From: Vicugna vicugna
Taxonomy: Eukaryota
Reading direction: 5' to 3'
Length of the DNA stretch: 64,000 nt
NCBI GenBank assembly: GCA_013265495.1
Contig: MU058221.1
Coordinates: forward strand, 806,001-870,000
Shown: positions 36,143 through 48,277 of the stretch, in pieces
How positions within the stretch are numbered: position 1 is the stretch's first letter
Layout: every line of letters begins with the position of its first letter
Position numbers and translations under genes: made by a program
The notes under the pieces: generated by a model
What the model was told of the DNA's origin: nothing
Database searches by the model: none
What the model saw: the letters and a program-made list of their open reading frames with translations, nothing else

Positions 36143-39100
36143 CAGAGGCTGGATCAAGATAGCAGAGTAGGAAGACTCAGAGCTCACCTCCTCTGACAGA
36201 TGCACCAAACTACAATTACATGTAAAATAACTTTCTTTGAGAATAGACTGAAGACCAGCAGAATGGCCCTTTTATAGCCAAGGATATAAATAATAAAACC
36301 AAACCAGGAGGAGTAGACGGGGAAGAGAGCCCAACGCAGAGGCAGCAGGCTGAAGAGCACCTGGCGCCATAGCCAGCTTACAGCGGCTCCCCCGGTAACC
36401 TCCAAGCATGTACTTGGCTCTGGCTCCAGCCCCCTCCACGCCAAGGAGACAGCCCCAAGTACCCTCGGGAGAAGCTGTGTCCTGTCCACTAGCTCCTTTG
36501 ACTCAGGCATGTCTCTGCCAAGGTAGTGAACCCCAAAGTATTGGCCCATGCTGTCTTCAACCCTAACCCTCCTGCCAAAGCCCTTGAGCATAAGCAGTCA
36601 GCTTAGGGATGCCCTCCACAAGGACACACATTCAAGACTGGGAGAGGTAACAGCTTCAGCTAATTCGTAGCGATAAACACAGAAAGACAAACAAAATGAG
36701 GAGACCCATGAGTATGTACCAAAGAAAAGAACAAGATAAAACTCTGCAGGGGAAAGAAGAAACACAAAACATCCTAATGGAATGTAGAGAAGTCATTTCC
36801 CTGATAAAGAGTTTAAAGCAAGCATCATGAAATGCTCACCAAACTCAGGAGAAAAACAGAGAAGCAGAACTTCAATAAAAAAAAATTTTAAAAATATGAA
36901 AAAGAACAAATCAGAGCTGAAGAATACAATAATGAAATAAACACACTAGAAGGAATTAACAGCAGATTAGGTGATACCAAAGAACACACAAGTGACCTGA
37001 AAGCAAAATAGTAGATATCACCCAAACAGAACAGAAAAAGAAACAAAAAATTTTTTTAATTAGGATAGTTTAAGGGACCTCTGAATTAACATCAGAAATA
37101 TTAACATTTATATTATAGGGGGTCCCAGAAAAGAAAAGAGAGAAAAAGGGGTAGAAATGTGTTTGATGAAATAATGGCTGAAAACTTCCTTAACTCGGGG
37201 AAAGAAGCAGATATCCACGTCTATGAATCACAGACAGCCCCGACAAGATGAACTCAGACATATCCATACGAATACATACCACGATTAAAATGGCAAAATT
37301 AGAGAAAATGAGAAGATTTCAAAGGCAGCAAGAGAAAAACAGAGTCGGATACAAGTGCACTCCCATTAGGCGATCAGCTGATGTGTCAGGAGAAAATTTG
37401 CAAGCCAGAAGGGATGGGTATGATATATTTGAAGGGCTGAAAGGAGAAAACTTACAGCCAAGGATACTCTACCCAGGAAATTATCATGCAGAGTTGAAGG
37501 AGAGATAGTTTCCCAGACAAGCAAAGAAATTGTAAAGGGTCAGTTTTATTCAACAGTGTTGAAAGTCCAGGCCACAGCAATCATACACGAGGCATCCAAA
37601 CTGGAACTGAATGAGTAAACCTGTCGCTGTTTGCAGATGACATGACAGTATACATAGAAAACTCTAAAAGCGCCACCAAAACACCATTAGAGCTAATAAA
37701 TGAATTTAGTGCAATTAGCATACAGAAATTCTGCTTCATTTCTATACACGCATAACAAGCGATTAGAAAGAGAAATTAAGAAAACAGTCCCATTTGCGAT
37801 TGCAGCAAAGAGAATAAAATGCCAGGAATAAATTTAACCAAGGATATGAAAGATTTGTACTCTGAAAACTGTAAGCCACTGAAGCAAGAAATTGAACACA
37901 ACACAAACAAATGGAAAGTTATGCTCTGTTAATGGACTGGGAGAATTAATATTGTTAAGTTGCCCATACTTCCCAAAGCAACCCATAGGCTAAATGCATT
38001 TCCTATTGAAATACTGCTGGTATTTGTCACAGAACTGAACAAAAAGCTTCTAGAATTTGTATGGAACTACAAAAGAAACCAAATAGGCAAAGCAATCTAG
38101 AGTCAGAAGAACAAGGCTGGGGGTTTCATGTTTCCAGACCTCAAGCTATACTAGAAAGCTCTAGTAATAAAAACTGTATGGTCCCTGCTCAGAATCAGAC
38201 ACATATGTCAAGGGAACAGAACAGTGAGCCCAGAAAGAAACTCACACTTACATGTACAATTAGTCTATGAAAAAGGAGCAAAGAACATACAACGGAGAAG
38301 TGACAGTCTACTCAACAAGTATTGTAGGAAAAACCGGGCAAACTACATTCAAAAGAATCAGCCGGACCACTTTCTTGCACAAAATACAAAAACAAGCTAA
38401 AAATGGATTAAAGACTTCAGTGTAAGACTTGAAAACATAACACCCCTAGAAGAAAACACAGGAGTATGCTTTCTGAGACAGGTCTTAGAAATAATTTTTA
38501 GATCTGTCTTCTCAGGCTAGGAGACCAAAAGTAAAAATCAGCAAATGGAACCACATCAGAGTTAAACATTTTCGCACAGGAAAAATAAAATAAATCAATA
38601 AAAGGAAAAGTCAGTGTCGAATGGGAGAAGATATTTGCAAATGATTGTCTGATAAGGGGTTAAACACATAAAATATATGAAAAATTAATACAACTCAATG
38701 TCAATAAAATAAACTTTGATTAAAGCAATGGGCAGAGTACCTGACCTGCCATTATTCCACTGAAGACATACAGACTGTCCACAAGGCATGTGAAAAGATG
38801 ATCAACATCACTGATCATCAGAGAAATGCCGATCAGAACCACAGTGCAGAAACGTCTCACACCTGTTGGAATGGTTATCATCAAAAAGACAAGACATAAC
38901 AAGTGCTGGTGAGGATGTGGAGAAAAGGGACCCCTCATGCACTGGTGGTGGGAATGTAAATTGGTGGTGCCACTCTAGGAAACAGTATGGGAGCTCCTCA
39001 AAAAATTAAAAATAGAAACACCATATGATCCAGGAATTCCATTCCTGAGTTTTAATCTGAAGAAAACAAAAACTCAAATTCAAAAAGATGTATATGCTCC

Positions 39101-39640
39101 AATATCCATAGCAGCAATAGCCAGATATGGAAACAGCTCAAGTGTTCATGGACAGAGGAAGGAAAAATAAGGGGGGTGTGATGTGTGTGAGTGTGTGTAT
39201 ACACACTGAAATGTTACCCAGTCGTAAAAATATAGTCTCGCCATTTGTGACAACATGTACGGACCGGGAGCGTATTATGCTAAGTGTGGTAAGTCAGGCA
39301 GAGAAAGAAAAATATCATATTTGTTTCAATTATATGTTGAATGTAAGAATTAAAAAAAATATTACGAAGCAGAAACAGATGCACAGAAATGGGATAAACT
39401 AGTGGTTGTTGAAATGGAGAAAGGTGGGAGAGTGGGTGACATAGATGCAAGTGCTGAAGAGGCACAAACCCCCAGTTAGAAAACAGACGTGTCACGGGAT
39501 GTGAGGTGCAGCCCAGAGCAGGCAGGGAGCCGTGTTACAGTAACTCTGTGTGGAAGGCGGTCTACAGCAATATTGAACCATTATGTTGTACACTTGGGAC
39601 TCATACAACATTGCAAGGCAACTATACGTCAATAAAAAAG
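36143..39640 (+). mobile_element. L1 with 5' UTR, decayed ORF1, a large internal deletion, the ORF2 3' half and 3' UTR
   Basis: 5' end ggatcaagatagcagagtaggaagac..gagctcacctcctc. ORF1 from about 36697 (PIRRSADVSGENLQARRD..LQPRILYP) jumps at about 37540 into the RT domain (ctgtttgcagatgacatg = LFADDM at about 37627). AATAAA and A tail at about 39631. Confidence 0.9.
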
Positions 39641-40099
39641 TATTACTTTATCAAGTATTACATACATACCTGGGTATGTCCTTTTGTAGCTATATTGGTG
39701 CTTGTGTATTTGTATATTTGGGCAAAATATATACATAAATGTGTGTGTGTGTACATGCATACATACATGAGCATATGTGTAGAAATACACACCACTAACC
39801 AACCTATTCACTTTGATATTCTGGTTCCCTTTTGATTTTGTTTAAGCCTGTTACAGACTTAGAGCATATTGTTTATCAGACAAAGCAAAATACTCCTCAT
39901 TATTATTTTTAAAAATTCTAAGCTATTCTTCCCTGTTTATTATGCCAATTGTGGCTTAGGTTCACTTTCCCCAGTTTTAAAAATCTCTTTGCAGTTTTAG
40001 TTATATGCTCTTTAAACTTATAAACAATTTTAAAAAATATACAAATTGGCCATAACTGAAATTCTCTAAGAGTCTAAAGGCCAGAAGAAGTTACATAAA

Positions 40100-40280
40100 A
40101 GTAAATAATTTAGGAAGCTTATTTAATTCTTCTCAACTGGAATGTCCTCTTTTGTAAACAAGCATGATGATATGATAATAATTCATACACTCAAGGCTGC
40201 TGCAAAGATTAATTGAGGTAACTCCTGTGACACAGACAGTACCCAGCACACGGTGAGTTCTCAAGGTATCGTATCTAATG
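40100..40280 (+). mobile_element. MIR SINE (duplicated at 42240-42420)
   Basis: ggaagcttatttaattcttctc...tgtaaacaag...tcaaggctgctgcaaagattaattgagg. Confidence 0.6.
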
Positions 40281-40675
40281 TACGTGGATGCCAAATAACT
40301 CAGCACGAACGACCTAATAGCAGTGCCAGCAAGCTAAGTCATTCATCACTCGGTGCAACAATATGTTTCATACATTGTTACATCAGAATAGTTTAGAAGA
40401 TGATTCTGCTTCATACTATATCTCATTTGATTTTGTTTTTGATTTTCAAAGGAAAAAAAAACAGACAGAAAGCAAGTAAGTAGTTAGTAACAGTTATGCT
40501 CTAACTGCTCATCGCTTGTTTGGGAGAACAGGGTGAAAAATGTGATTATTCTTCGAGGTTATAGGCAAGCCTGTAACATGGATAGAGGAACAGGCTAATA
40601 AAGAAAGATAGCTTTATTTGTCTTGCTAAAAAGATGATGGTAAGTGATAGCTGATAGAGAGATAGATAAATAGAT

Positions 40676-40745
40676 GGAAGGAAGGAAGGAAGGAAGGAAG
40701 GAAGGAAGGAAGGAAGGAAGGAAGGAAGGAAGGAAGGAAGGAAGG
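40676..40745 (+). repeat. (GGAA)n microsatellite, about 17 units (duplicated at 42816-42885)
   Basis: Perfect GGAA run preceded by a degenerate GATA repeat. Confidence 0.97.
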
Positions 40746-40853
40746 ATAGATAAAGAAAATGAGAGGAGAATGGTAGCTGAGAGACAGGTGCAGAGGAGAG
40801 GAACAAAGATGCTAAAAAGCTGTGCACTGTGAGTCAGAGATGCGTTCCCAGAT

Positions 40854-41023
40854 GAGTGGTTCTTAAAACTCAGCAAGCGTAAAAGCATCTGGAGGACTTT
40901 TTAAAGCACAAACTTCCCGGCCACACCTCCTAGAGGCGAGCTGAGGCCACGGAGTTTGCATCGCTGGTGCTTCCCGGATGCTGCGGCTTCCGTTAGTCTG
41001 ACGACTGCGTTCGGGGTCGCACG
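40854..41023 (+). mobile_element. MER5A hAT-Charlie MITE (duplicated at 42994-43163)
   Basis: agtggttcttaaaact...catctggaggactttttaaagcacaaa...gagtttgcat...ttcccggatgctg. Confidence 0.7.
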
Positions 41024-41074
41024 TTCCAAAGTCGGTGTCTGCCATTCAGCCGGGTGGCTGAGTGAGCGTCCCGG

Positions 41075-41571
41075 NNNNNNNNNNNNNNNNNNNNNNNNNN
41101 NNNNNNNNNNNNNNNNNNNNNNNNNNNNNNNNNNNNNNNNNNNNNNNNNNNNNNNNNNNNNNNNNNNNNNNNNNNNNNNNNNNNNNNNNNNNNNNNNNNN
41201 NNNNNNNNNNNNNNNNNNNNNNNNNNNNNNNNNNNNNNNNNNNNNNNNNNNNNNNNNNNNNNNNNNNNNNNNNNNNNNNNNNNNNNNNNNNNNNNNNNNN
41301 NNNNNNNNNNNNNNNNNNNNNNNNNNNNNNNNNNNNNNNNNNNNNNNNNNNNNNNNNNNNNNNNNNNNNNNNNNNNNNNNNNNNNNNNNNNNNNNNNNNN
41401 NNNNNNNNNNNNNNNNNNNNNNNNNNNNNNNNNNNNNNNNNNNNNNNNNNNNNNNNNNNNNNNNNNNNNNNNNNNNNNNNNNNNNNNNNNNNNNNNNNNN
41501 NNNNNNNNNNNNNNNNNNNNNNNNNNNNNNNNNNNNNNNNNNNNNNNNNNNNNNNNNNNNNNNNNNNNNNN
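41075..41571. other. Assembly gap (497 N)
   Basis: Run of N. Confidence 1.
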
Positions 41572-43214
41572 GTGGGTGACATAGATGCAAGTGCTGAAGA
41601 GGCACAAACCCCCAGTTAGAAAACAGACGTGTCACGGGATGTGAGGTGCAGCCCAGAGCAGGCAGGGAGCCGTGTTACAGTAACTCTGTGTGGAAGGCGG
41701 TCTACAGCAATATTGAACCATTATGTTGTACACTTGGGACTCATACAACATTGCAAGGCAACTATACGTCAATAAAAAAGTATTACTTTATCAAGTATTA
41801 CATACATACCTGGGTATGTCCTTTTGTAGCTATATTGGTGCTTGTGTATTTGTATATTTGGGCAAAATATATACATAAATGTGTGTGTGTGTACATGCAT
41901 ACATACATGAGCATATGTGTAGAAATACACACCACTAACCAACCTATTCACTTTGATATTCTGGTTCCCTTTTGATTTTGTTTAAGCCTGTTACAGACTT
42001 AGAGCATATTGTTTATCAGACAAAGCAAAATACTCCTCATTATTATTTTTAAAAATTCTAAGCTATTCTTCCCTGTTTATTATGCCAATTGTGGCTTAGG
42101 TTCACTTTCCCCAGTTTTAAAAATCTCTTTGCAGTTTTAGTTATATGCTCTTTAAACTTATAAACAATTTTAAAAAATATACAAATTGTCCATAACTGAA
42201 ATTCTCTAAGAGTCTAAAGGCCAGAAGAAGTTACATAAAAGTAAATAATTTAGGAAGCTTATTTAATTCTTCTCAACTGGAATGTCCTCTTTTGTAAACA
42301 AGCATGATGATATGATAATAATTCATACACTCAAGGCTGCTGCAAAGATTAATTGAGGTAACTCCTGTGACACAGACAGTACGCAGCACACGGTGAGTTC
42401 TCAAGGTATCGTATCTAATGTACGTGGATGCCAAATAACTCAGCACGAACGACCTAATAGCAGTGCCAGCAAGCTAAGTCATTCATCACTCGGTGCAACA
42501 ATATGTTTCATACATTGTTACATCAGAATAGTTTAGAAGATGATTCTGCTTCATACTATATCTCATTTGATTTTGTTTTTGATTTTCAAAGGAAAAAAAA
42601 AAAGACAGAAAGCAAGTAAGTAGTTAGTAACAGTTATGCTCTAACTGCTCATCGCTTGTTTGGGAGAACAGGGTGAAAAATGTGATTATTCTTCGAGGTT
42701 ATAGGCAAGCCTGTAACATGGATAGAGGAACAGGCTAATAAAGAAAGATAGCTTTATTTGTCTTGCTAAAAAGATGATGGTAAGTGATAGCTGATAGAGA
42801 GATAGATAAATAGATGGAAGGAAGGAAGGAAGGAAGGAAGGAAGGAAGGAAGGAAGGAAGGAAGGAAGGAAGGAAGGAAGGAAGGATAGATAAAGAAAAT
42901 GAGAGGAGAATGGTAGCTGAGAGACAGGTGCAGAGGAGAGGAACAAAGATGCTAAAAAGCTGTGCACTGTGAGTCAGAGATGCGTTCCCAGATGAGTGGT
43001 TCTTAAAACTCAGCAAGCGTAAAAGCATCTGGAGGACTTTTTAAAGCACAAACTTCCCGGCCACACCTCCTAGAGGCGAGCTGAGGCCACGGAGTTTGCA
43101 TCGCTGGTGCTTCCCGGATGCTGCGGCTTCCGTTAGTCTGACGACTGCGTTCGGGGTCGCACGTTCCAAAGTCGGTGTCTGCCATTCAGCCGGGTGGCTG
43201 AGTGAGCGTCCCGG
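41572..43214 (+). repeat. Copy 2 of the 1643-bp duplication
   Basis: Starts exactly at the gap edge and continues into unique CpG-island sequence. Confidence 0.97.
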
Positions 43215-43450
43215 AAGGAATCTTGGAACCAGGACTCCTGGGCCGGCGTCTTATTAAGGGAAGTGCTCCCGAGGGACGCTGCACAGAGGCTGCGGGAGAG
43301 CCGGGCGGGACCGGGGGAGAGGCGCCGCGGGGCCCGGCGCCCCGGCCGCAGCCCCCGCGCGCGGCACGGAGCGGGTCCCGGGCTGCAGGCTGCCGGGCGG
43401 GCGCGGCGCCCACGTCTCGTCGCCCTTGCCAGCCCAGAGCCACCGTCTCC
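43050..43450. promoter_or_regulatory. CpG island, possible second or alternative promoter
   Basis: Very GC- and CpG-dense core at 43290-43430, GGGCGGG boxes at about 43302 and 43395, and a TATTAA element at about 43252. Confidence 0.7.
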
Positions 43451-45949
43451 TCAGCTGGCTTGTGCTGGCTTTCAGTGCACTTGAAGATCAAAGCAGGATG
43501 CACAGAAGCCACGTGAACTGTTGCAAAATCTCTCCCAACTCTGCAGAACGCTTTATTTATTTCGTCTTTGAAATGCATCATTGAACAGGAGAAAGGAGAC
43601 GACCATTTCACGCATGATTCTAAATCCTCAGACGCCCAGGAACGTGCACCTGACGGTGCCTGGGCTGGGGTCTAATGAACGGAAGCGCCACTCACTGCAT
43701 CACAGCTATGACAGGTGAAAAGCGTTGAACAGCATCTTCGGGAATTCTCAGTAACTGCACATCAGAGCAATGACTCGGATGGCGATCGGTTTGAAATTAA
43801 GAAAGAACGTGATAGGGTCGACCCCTCCCTCCTACGTAACTTACACCAGACAACAAAGAGTAAAAGTGGAATATTTTGCTTTCTGCCTCCAGGGTCCCTT
43901 GGGGGCTCCTGGAGAATTTCGTACCACGCAGAGTGGAGTGGCAATGTTGAAAAAGTTGCCTGCTCTGCCAAAATGATTCGTTCTTACTAATCACCACTTT
44001 TCCCGATCTCTTACTTGCACAGCCGCACATTGCTGTAACTATAAGGTCATTGGAGAGCACGCTTCGTCGGTGGAGGGGCAAAAAAAAGACAGATTCTATT
44101 GGTTTTTCTCAGCTTCAAAGTGTTTATTCAAAAGGCATAAGCTTTGAAAAAAAATCAGACACCTGTGAAGAGGAAAGACAGTCCTCAAGGGACAAGAGCC
44201 AGGATGTAGGAAGTGATGCCTGCCGAGCAGCGGCCACTTGTTTGACCGCTCCTCGTGCGACGCAACGGCGCTCACGTCGACCCTGTCGAAGCTTATGTTG
44301 GAGTAAATTATAGGTGGACTTTGGGTGCCAGGATAACGTTTTACGTTTAAATTTAGATCACAGAGTCATGAAATGTGAGATATTTCTCTCAGAGCAGCGT
44401 GACACGACCATGGCACCACTTTAAGACTCTTTAATGGCTGTTAGCCTTGGTGCTGGTCTGAGAAACCTGCTCAAGCACGTCAAGCCAATTTTGAGGTTCC
44501 TGAAGCATTGTAGGCCTGAGGTTGCAAAAATCTCTACCAGTGTGATGGCAGTGGGAGTTCAGCAGGAGGCACTGATAACTCAAAGGAGTAACAGCGGCAG
44601 AAGAACAAAGATGGAAGGGCCCAAGGGTCAGAGCTGCAAACGTCACCCCGACGGGCTCGCTGGAGCTCGGGAACCGGAGGAAAGGCGTTTCTGCAGACTA
44701 GAGCAGTATCAAAACCACATGAAAGGCGAAAGGTGCCTTCAGCTTCGTTGGTTCAATTTGTTCTTAGAATGCCGGTGAAGAGGACCTGGGAAGGCGAGGT
44801 GCCCAGATGGTTGCTGGGCCTTGGTCCTGTGCTGCCATCTCATAGTCACGTGAGCACGTGTAAGGACCACAGCGGCTGGGGGACAAGGCTGCGTGCAAAC
44901 ATACACTTGAGATAATTATAAAATCAAAACCCTGAAATTCCAGTCCGAACATGAGGGCTAACTGGCTGTGGGAGTTTAGAGTAACCATTCAACCCTCTGA
45001 TGTGTCCGTTTTTTTCTGGGAACTGAGGGTGTGCCCTGTATTCTAGGCATTAGAATTGCTCTGAAGGTCAAAGTAATTAACATACTTGAATTTTTGGGAA
45101 TGAGTACAATGCACCATTGGACTATCATGATTATGAAACCCTGATATGTAGTGATTCGCCATTTCTTCTCATTTTGAATTAGTTTATAATGGCATTCTTA
45201 GTGTTTAGTGACATAAAGTAATATTTGAATGCTGTACATTATAATCTCTAGTGTTTCATGGTTATGAACTTAGAATCAGATAATTACGAGATGTGGAATT
45301 GCTCTGTTAAAAACTAGGAAGTCTTACTGTGCACTGAGAGATTCTGTGACACGTATACCCAACTACAGTGAACGCGATTGCCCATTGCCTTCAGGCTATG
45401 GTAACATTCGTTAGTAATTTTACACTTTTCCTAATTTAATTAAGAAATGTCACTCATTATTAATGGGGTACATATTTTGGCTAAAGAATAATTTGTGAAT
45501 TTCCTTTCTTGATACTTTGATCTTTTCAAAGGTTCAGCTTTTCCTTAATGATTGATGAAAGCATTTAATATTTTAATTATAATAATGATCCTTTATTTTT
45601 CATTTAATTACATTTTACTAGCCTTTTACCCTTTTTAATGCTTTTGATAATCAAATTTTTAAGGTCTTATATAACAAATACATCAAATGTTTATTTTTTG
45701 CATTTGGACTTGGCCATAAACCTTTCTCAGCCTAAAATCAGGTAACTGTTTGCTCTAGTTCAACAAATAAATTGGGAATGGAAACGTTTATTAGTTATTA
45801 GCCATTGATCTCTCCAAGGATACTCTTCTTTTATTACCTGTGTTTAAAGTCATATTGCATCTTCCCATACGTATCTTTTTCCCCAATTCATTCATTATTT
45901 TCCCTCCGTATTTCACTCAGACTCCATCACATGTGCCACCACTCCTGTC

Positions 45950-46660
45950 AGCACCTTGCCATTGGACTTAACTTTTTGTTTAGTCACCCATCTTTTGTCC
46001 TGCGCTAGGATGAATCCAGCTTTTCTGCTTCTCTGTTTCTGGTCTTGGCCAGCTGACTAAACGCATAAGAAAATCTCACAATCTTGTCTCAGCTTCCTAA
46101 CATATCCAGTTTCATCCCAACTTTAAACTCTGGCAGATCCTCCTCAGCACATTCCCAGTAAGGTCTTCATGACCTCCTTCGGGGGTTCTTCCAAATGTTG
46201 ATTGACTTCTCCCCATCCCATCTGCCTTGCCCCCTGGTCTCCTCTCAGCAAATGATCCTTCTTCTTTCATAGAAAACAAAATGGTAACCAGGCAAGAGCT
46301 TCCTAAACGTCCCCCTTTCACCAGTGGCAGGTGAGTCAAACTCTGCGCTTTCCACTCTCCGTCCCGTTTTAGCTGAAGAGGCTTCTTCTCTGAAAGGAAA
46401 CTGACACCCTTGGCCAGCTTTCTTTTCCTCAGACACTTCGGGATACTGGGCTATCTCAAAGCACCTTGACTCTTTCCATCTCACTCTTTTTTTCTTTTTT
46501 GGGGGCATATGACCTTAGATAAATTGTAATGGTCAGTTTATCTCATCTTACAGGAAGATGTTCCCTCAAATCCACATCTTCTGCCAACTGTGGTTCTGCA
46601 TAACCTCTTCAAAGCCAAACTCCTTGGAAACAGAGTCTAGAAGACACACTGTGTATCTTT
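45950..46660 (+). mobile_element. L2 internal fragment
   Basis: Pyrimidine-rich; ctctcagcaaatgatccttcttctttcatagaaaacaaaatgg..caggcaagagcttcc. Confidence 0.6.
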
Positions 46661-46859
46661 TCAGTGGACTAAGCACGCCTGGTGCAACTCTGAACGATCC
46701 GTTAGACCACAAAGGCAAACACCAAGCAAACAGCTTTGTAAACTTGAGATTAGGGACACTGGTTGAAATCCAGGTGCCATTTGAAGACTATTCCATCCTA
46801 ACGTCAAATACTTTATGTCTTTACTGTTTCTTAAACCCGCCCCTCTCTCTCCATTTCTA

Positions 46860-46990
46860 TCATTATTGCCACTGATATTTCACGGTCAAGAAAACTGAGG
46901 CCCAGAAAGTTTCGTTAAATGAATGGAAGTGGCATATTCCTGGATTTCATCCCACCTCGTCTGCCTTCAGACTTCCTAGCCTTAACCACC
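46860..46990 (-). mobile_element. MIR fragment
   Basis: aagaaaactgaggcccagaaagtt...gtctgccttcaga...cttaaccac. Confidence 0.65.
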
Positions 46991-47619
46991 AAATGTTTCT
47001 TTCTTTTACCTATGCCCAGCGTTTCCTAGTCAGAAGAAGACTCTAGGATATAAGACTGGTCTCCCTAAGTAAGGCGAGCACAGAGAGAGCTTAGATTCAT
47101 ACCGCTTTGGGAAAACCTACCGCAATCGGAGGTCAAACCTGCCATTCTAACGCAATAACTTCGGGGGAGAGACTGGGTGCTTTTTAAAATAAGAGCGAAG
47201 GACAGACTCTTAGAGAAGGTTCAGCGTTGATCACGGGCTGATGTGACTGCGGTCCATGCCACCTCAGTCCTTCCAGAGGCTTCCGTAAAACTGACCCTAT
47301 TTGTCCTTCTTCTTTATGCGAGTGATATGAGGCCTGGCCTAGTGTATCCATCATTCTAGGGTAGCGTGTTTACGGGAAGTTAAATCTGGCCGGGGTGAGC
47401 AGGATCACCTGACTGATTCTGTCCTGGCATCAGTGCCATAAGACAGACAATACACCTAGTCCTTCCTTAAAGAAAAAAAAATTCTCCGTAACAACCAAAT
47501 AAACGATTCTGACTTTAAAGTATATAATTTATAAATCTCCTAAGACAAAATAGGTCTGTCGTAAAACTAGAACAGCGTAAACAAAATCTGGCCCACTATT
47601 ATTAGTACATTTCTTAAGT

Positions 47620-47830
47620 TATAAAGTGAGAAATGTTTAACGTAATAATTGTACTGCGCAAGAATTTCGTTAAGAATCCATATATGTACTATTATTGCCC
47701 CCAGATGAGAAGTTGGAGGCAATAAAAGGTTAAGTAACTCGTCCAAGGTCATAAGTAATAAGTACAAAGAGGAGATTTGAAACTGGGCAGTTTGTCCCCA
47801 GAATCTGTGTACTCAACCGTAATGCTATTT
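47620..47830 (-). mobile_element. MIR SINE
   Basis: actattattgcccccagatgagaagttggaggc...ggttaagtaactcgtccaaggtca...gatttgaaactgggcagtttg. Confidence 0.75.
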
Positions 47831-47867
47831 AGTTTTGTTGTAATTTATACCATGTCCATAATTAAAA

Positions 47868-48277
47868 TGTGAAGGAAAAACCGGGCTGGGCTAACAAGAT
47901 AACTCACAAATCTAAGTATTGAAATACTGATCTGAGTTCTGCTGGACTAACTTGTAAATCTAGGTTAATTAGTGCTGGGTTGCTGTTCATGTTTTTTGCT
48001 AGCCAGCTGGGTTTTCAAAGATACATATCTGGTTTTGGAATGTTGGTTTGCTGCCCCCTCCCCACTTTTGTGATGATAATGCTGCTAAAGCTGTTCCATG
48101 CCTATTGGCTGAATACCCCAAGCTTGTACTTTACCCTATAAAACCTCCTGCGCACGTCTCGGAGGTGCTCAGAGCTTCGGAGCAGAAGCCCCTCTGAGCC
48201 CGCCAGTATAATACATCTGAGCGCTCCAGCCCTCCGAGTAGTGCTTGTTTCTTGACTGGCCTGTCGTTTCCATAACA
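47868..48277 (+). mobile_element. Relatively young ERV solo LTR (410 bp)
   Basis: TGTGAAGG...CCATAACA imperfect inverted termini and an AAAA TSD on both sides. It has ATTGG at about 48104, TATAAAA at about 48137, a CpG-retaining R region and an AATACA poly(A)-signal variant at about 48210. Confidence 0.85.

Larger units (their letters stand above)
39432..41074 (+). repeat. Copy 1 of a 1643-bp direct duplication flanking an assembly gap
   Basis: Matches 41572-43214 at offset 2140, with three substitutions seen. Confidence 0.97.

Noticed and set aside
40901..41635. Long ORFs of 178-244 aa
   Set aside because: They span the N gap.
39432..43214. Genuine tandem duplication or paired LTRs of a provirus
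   Set aside because: The boundaries coincide with the gap edges and cut through an L1 3' UTR, with no TG..CA termini or TSD.
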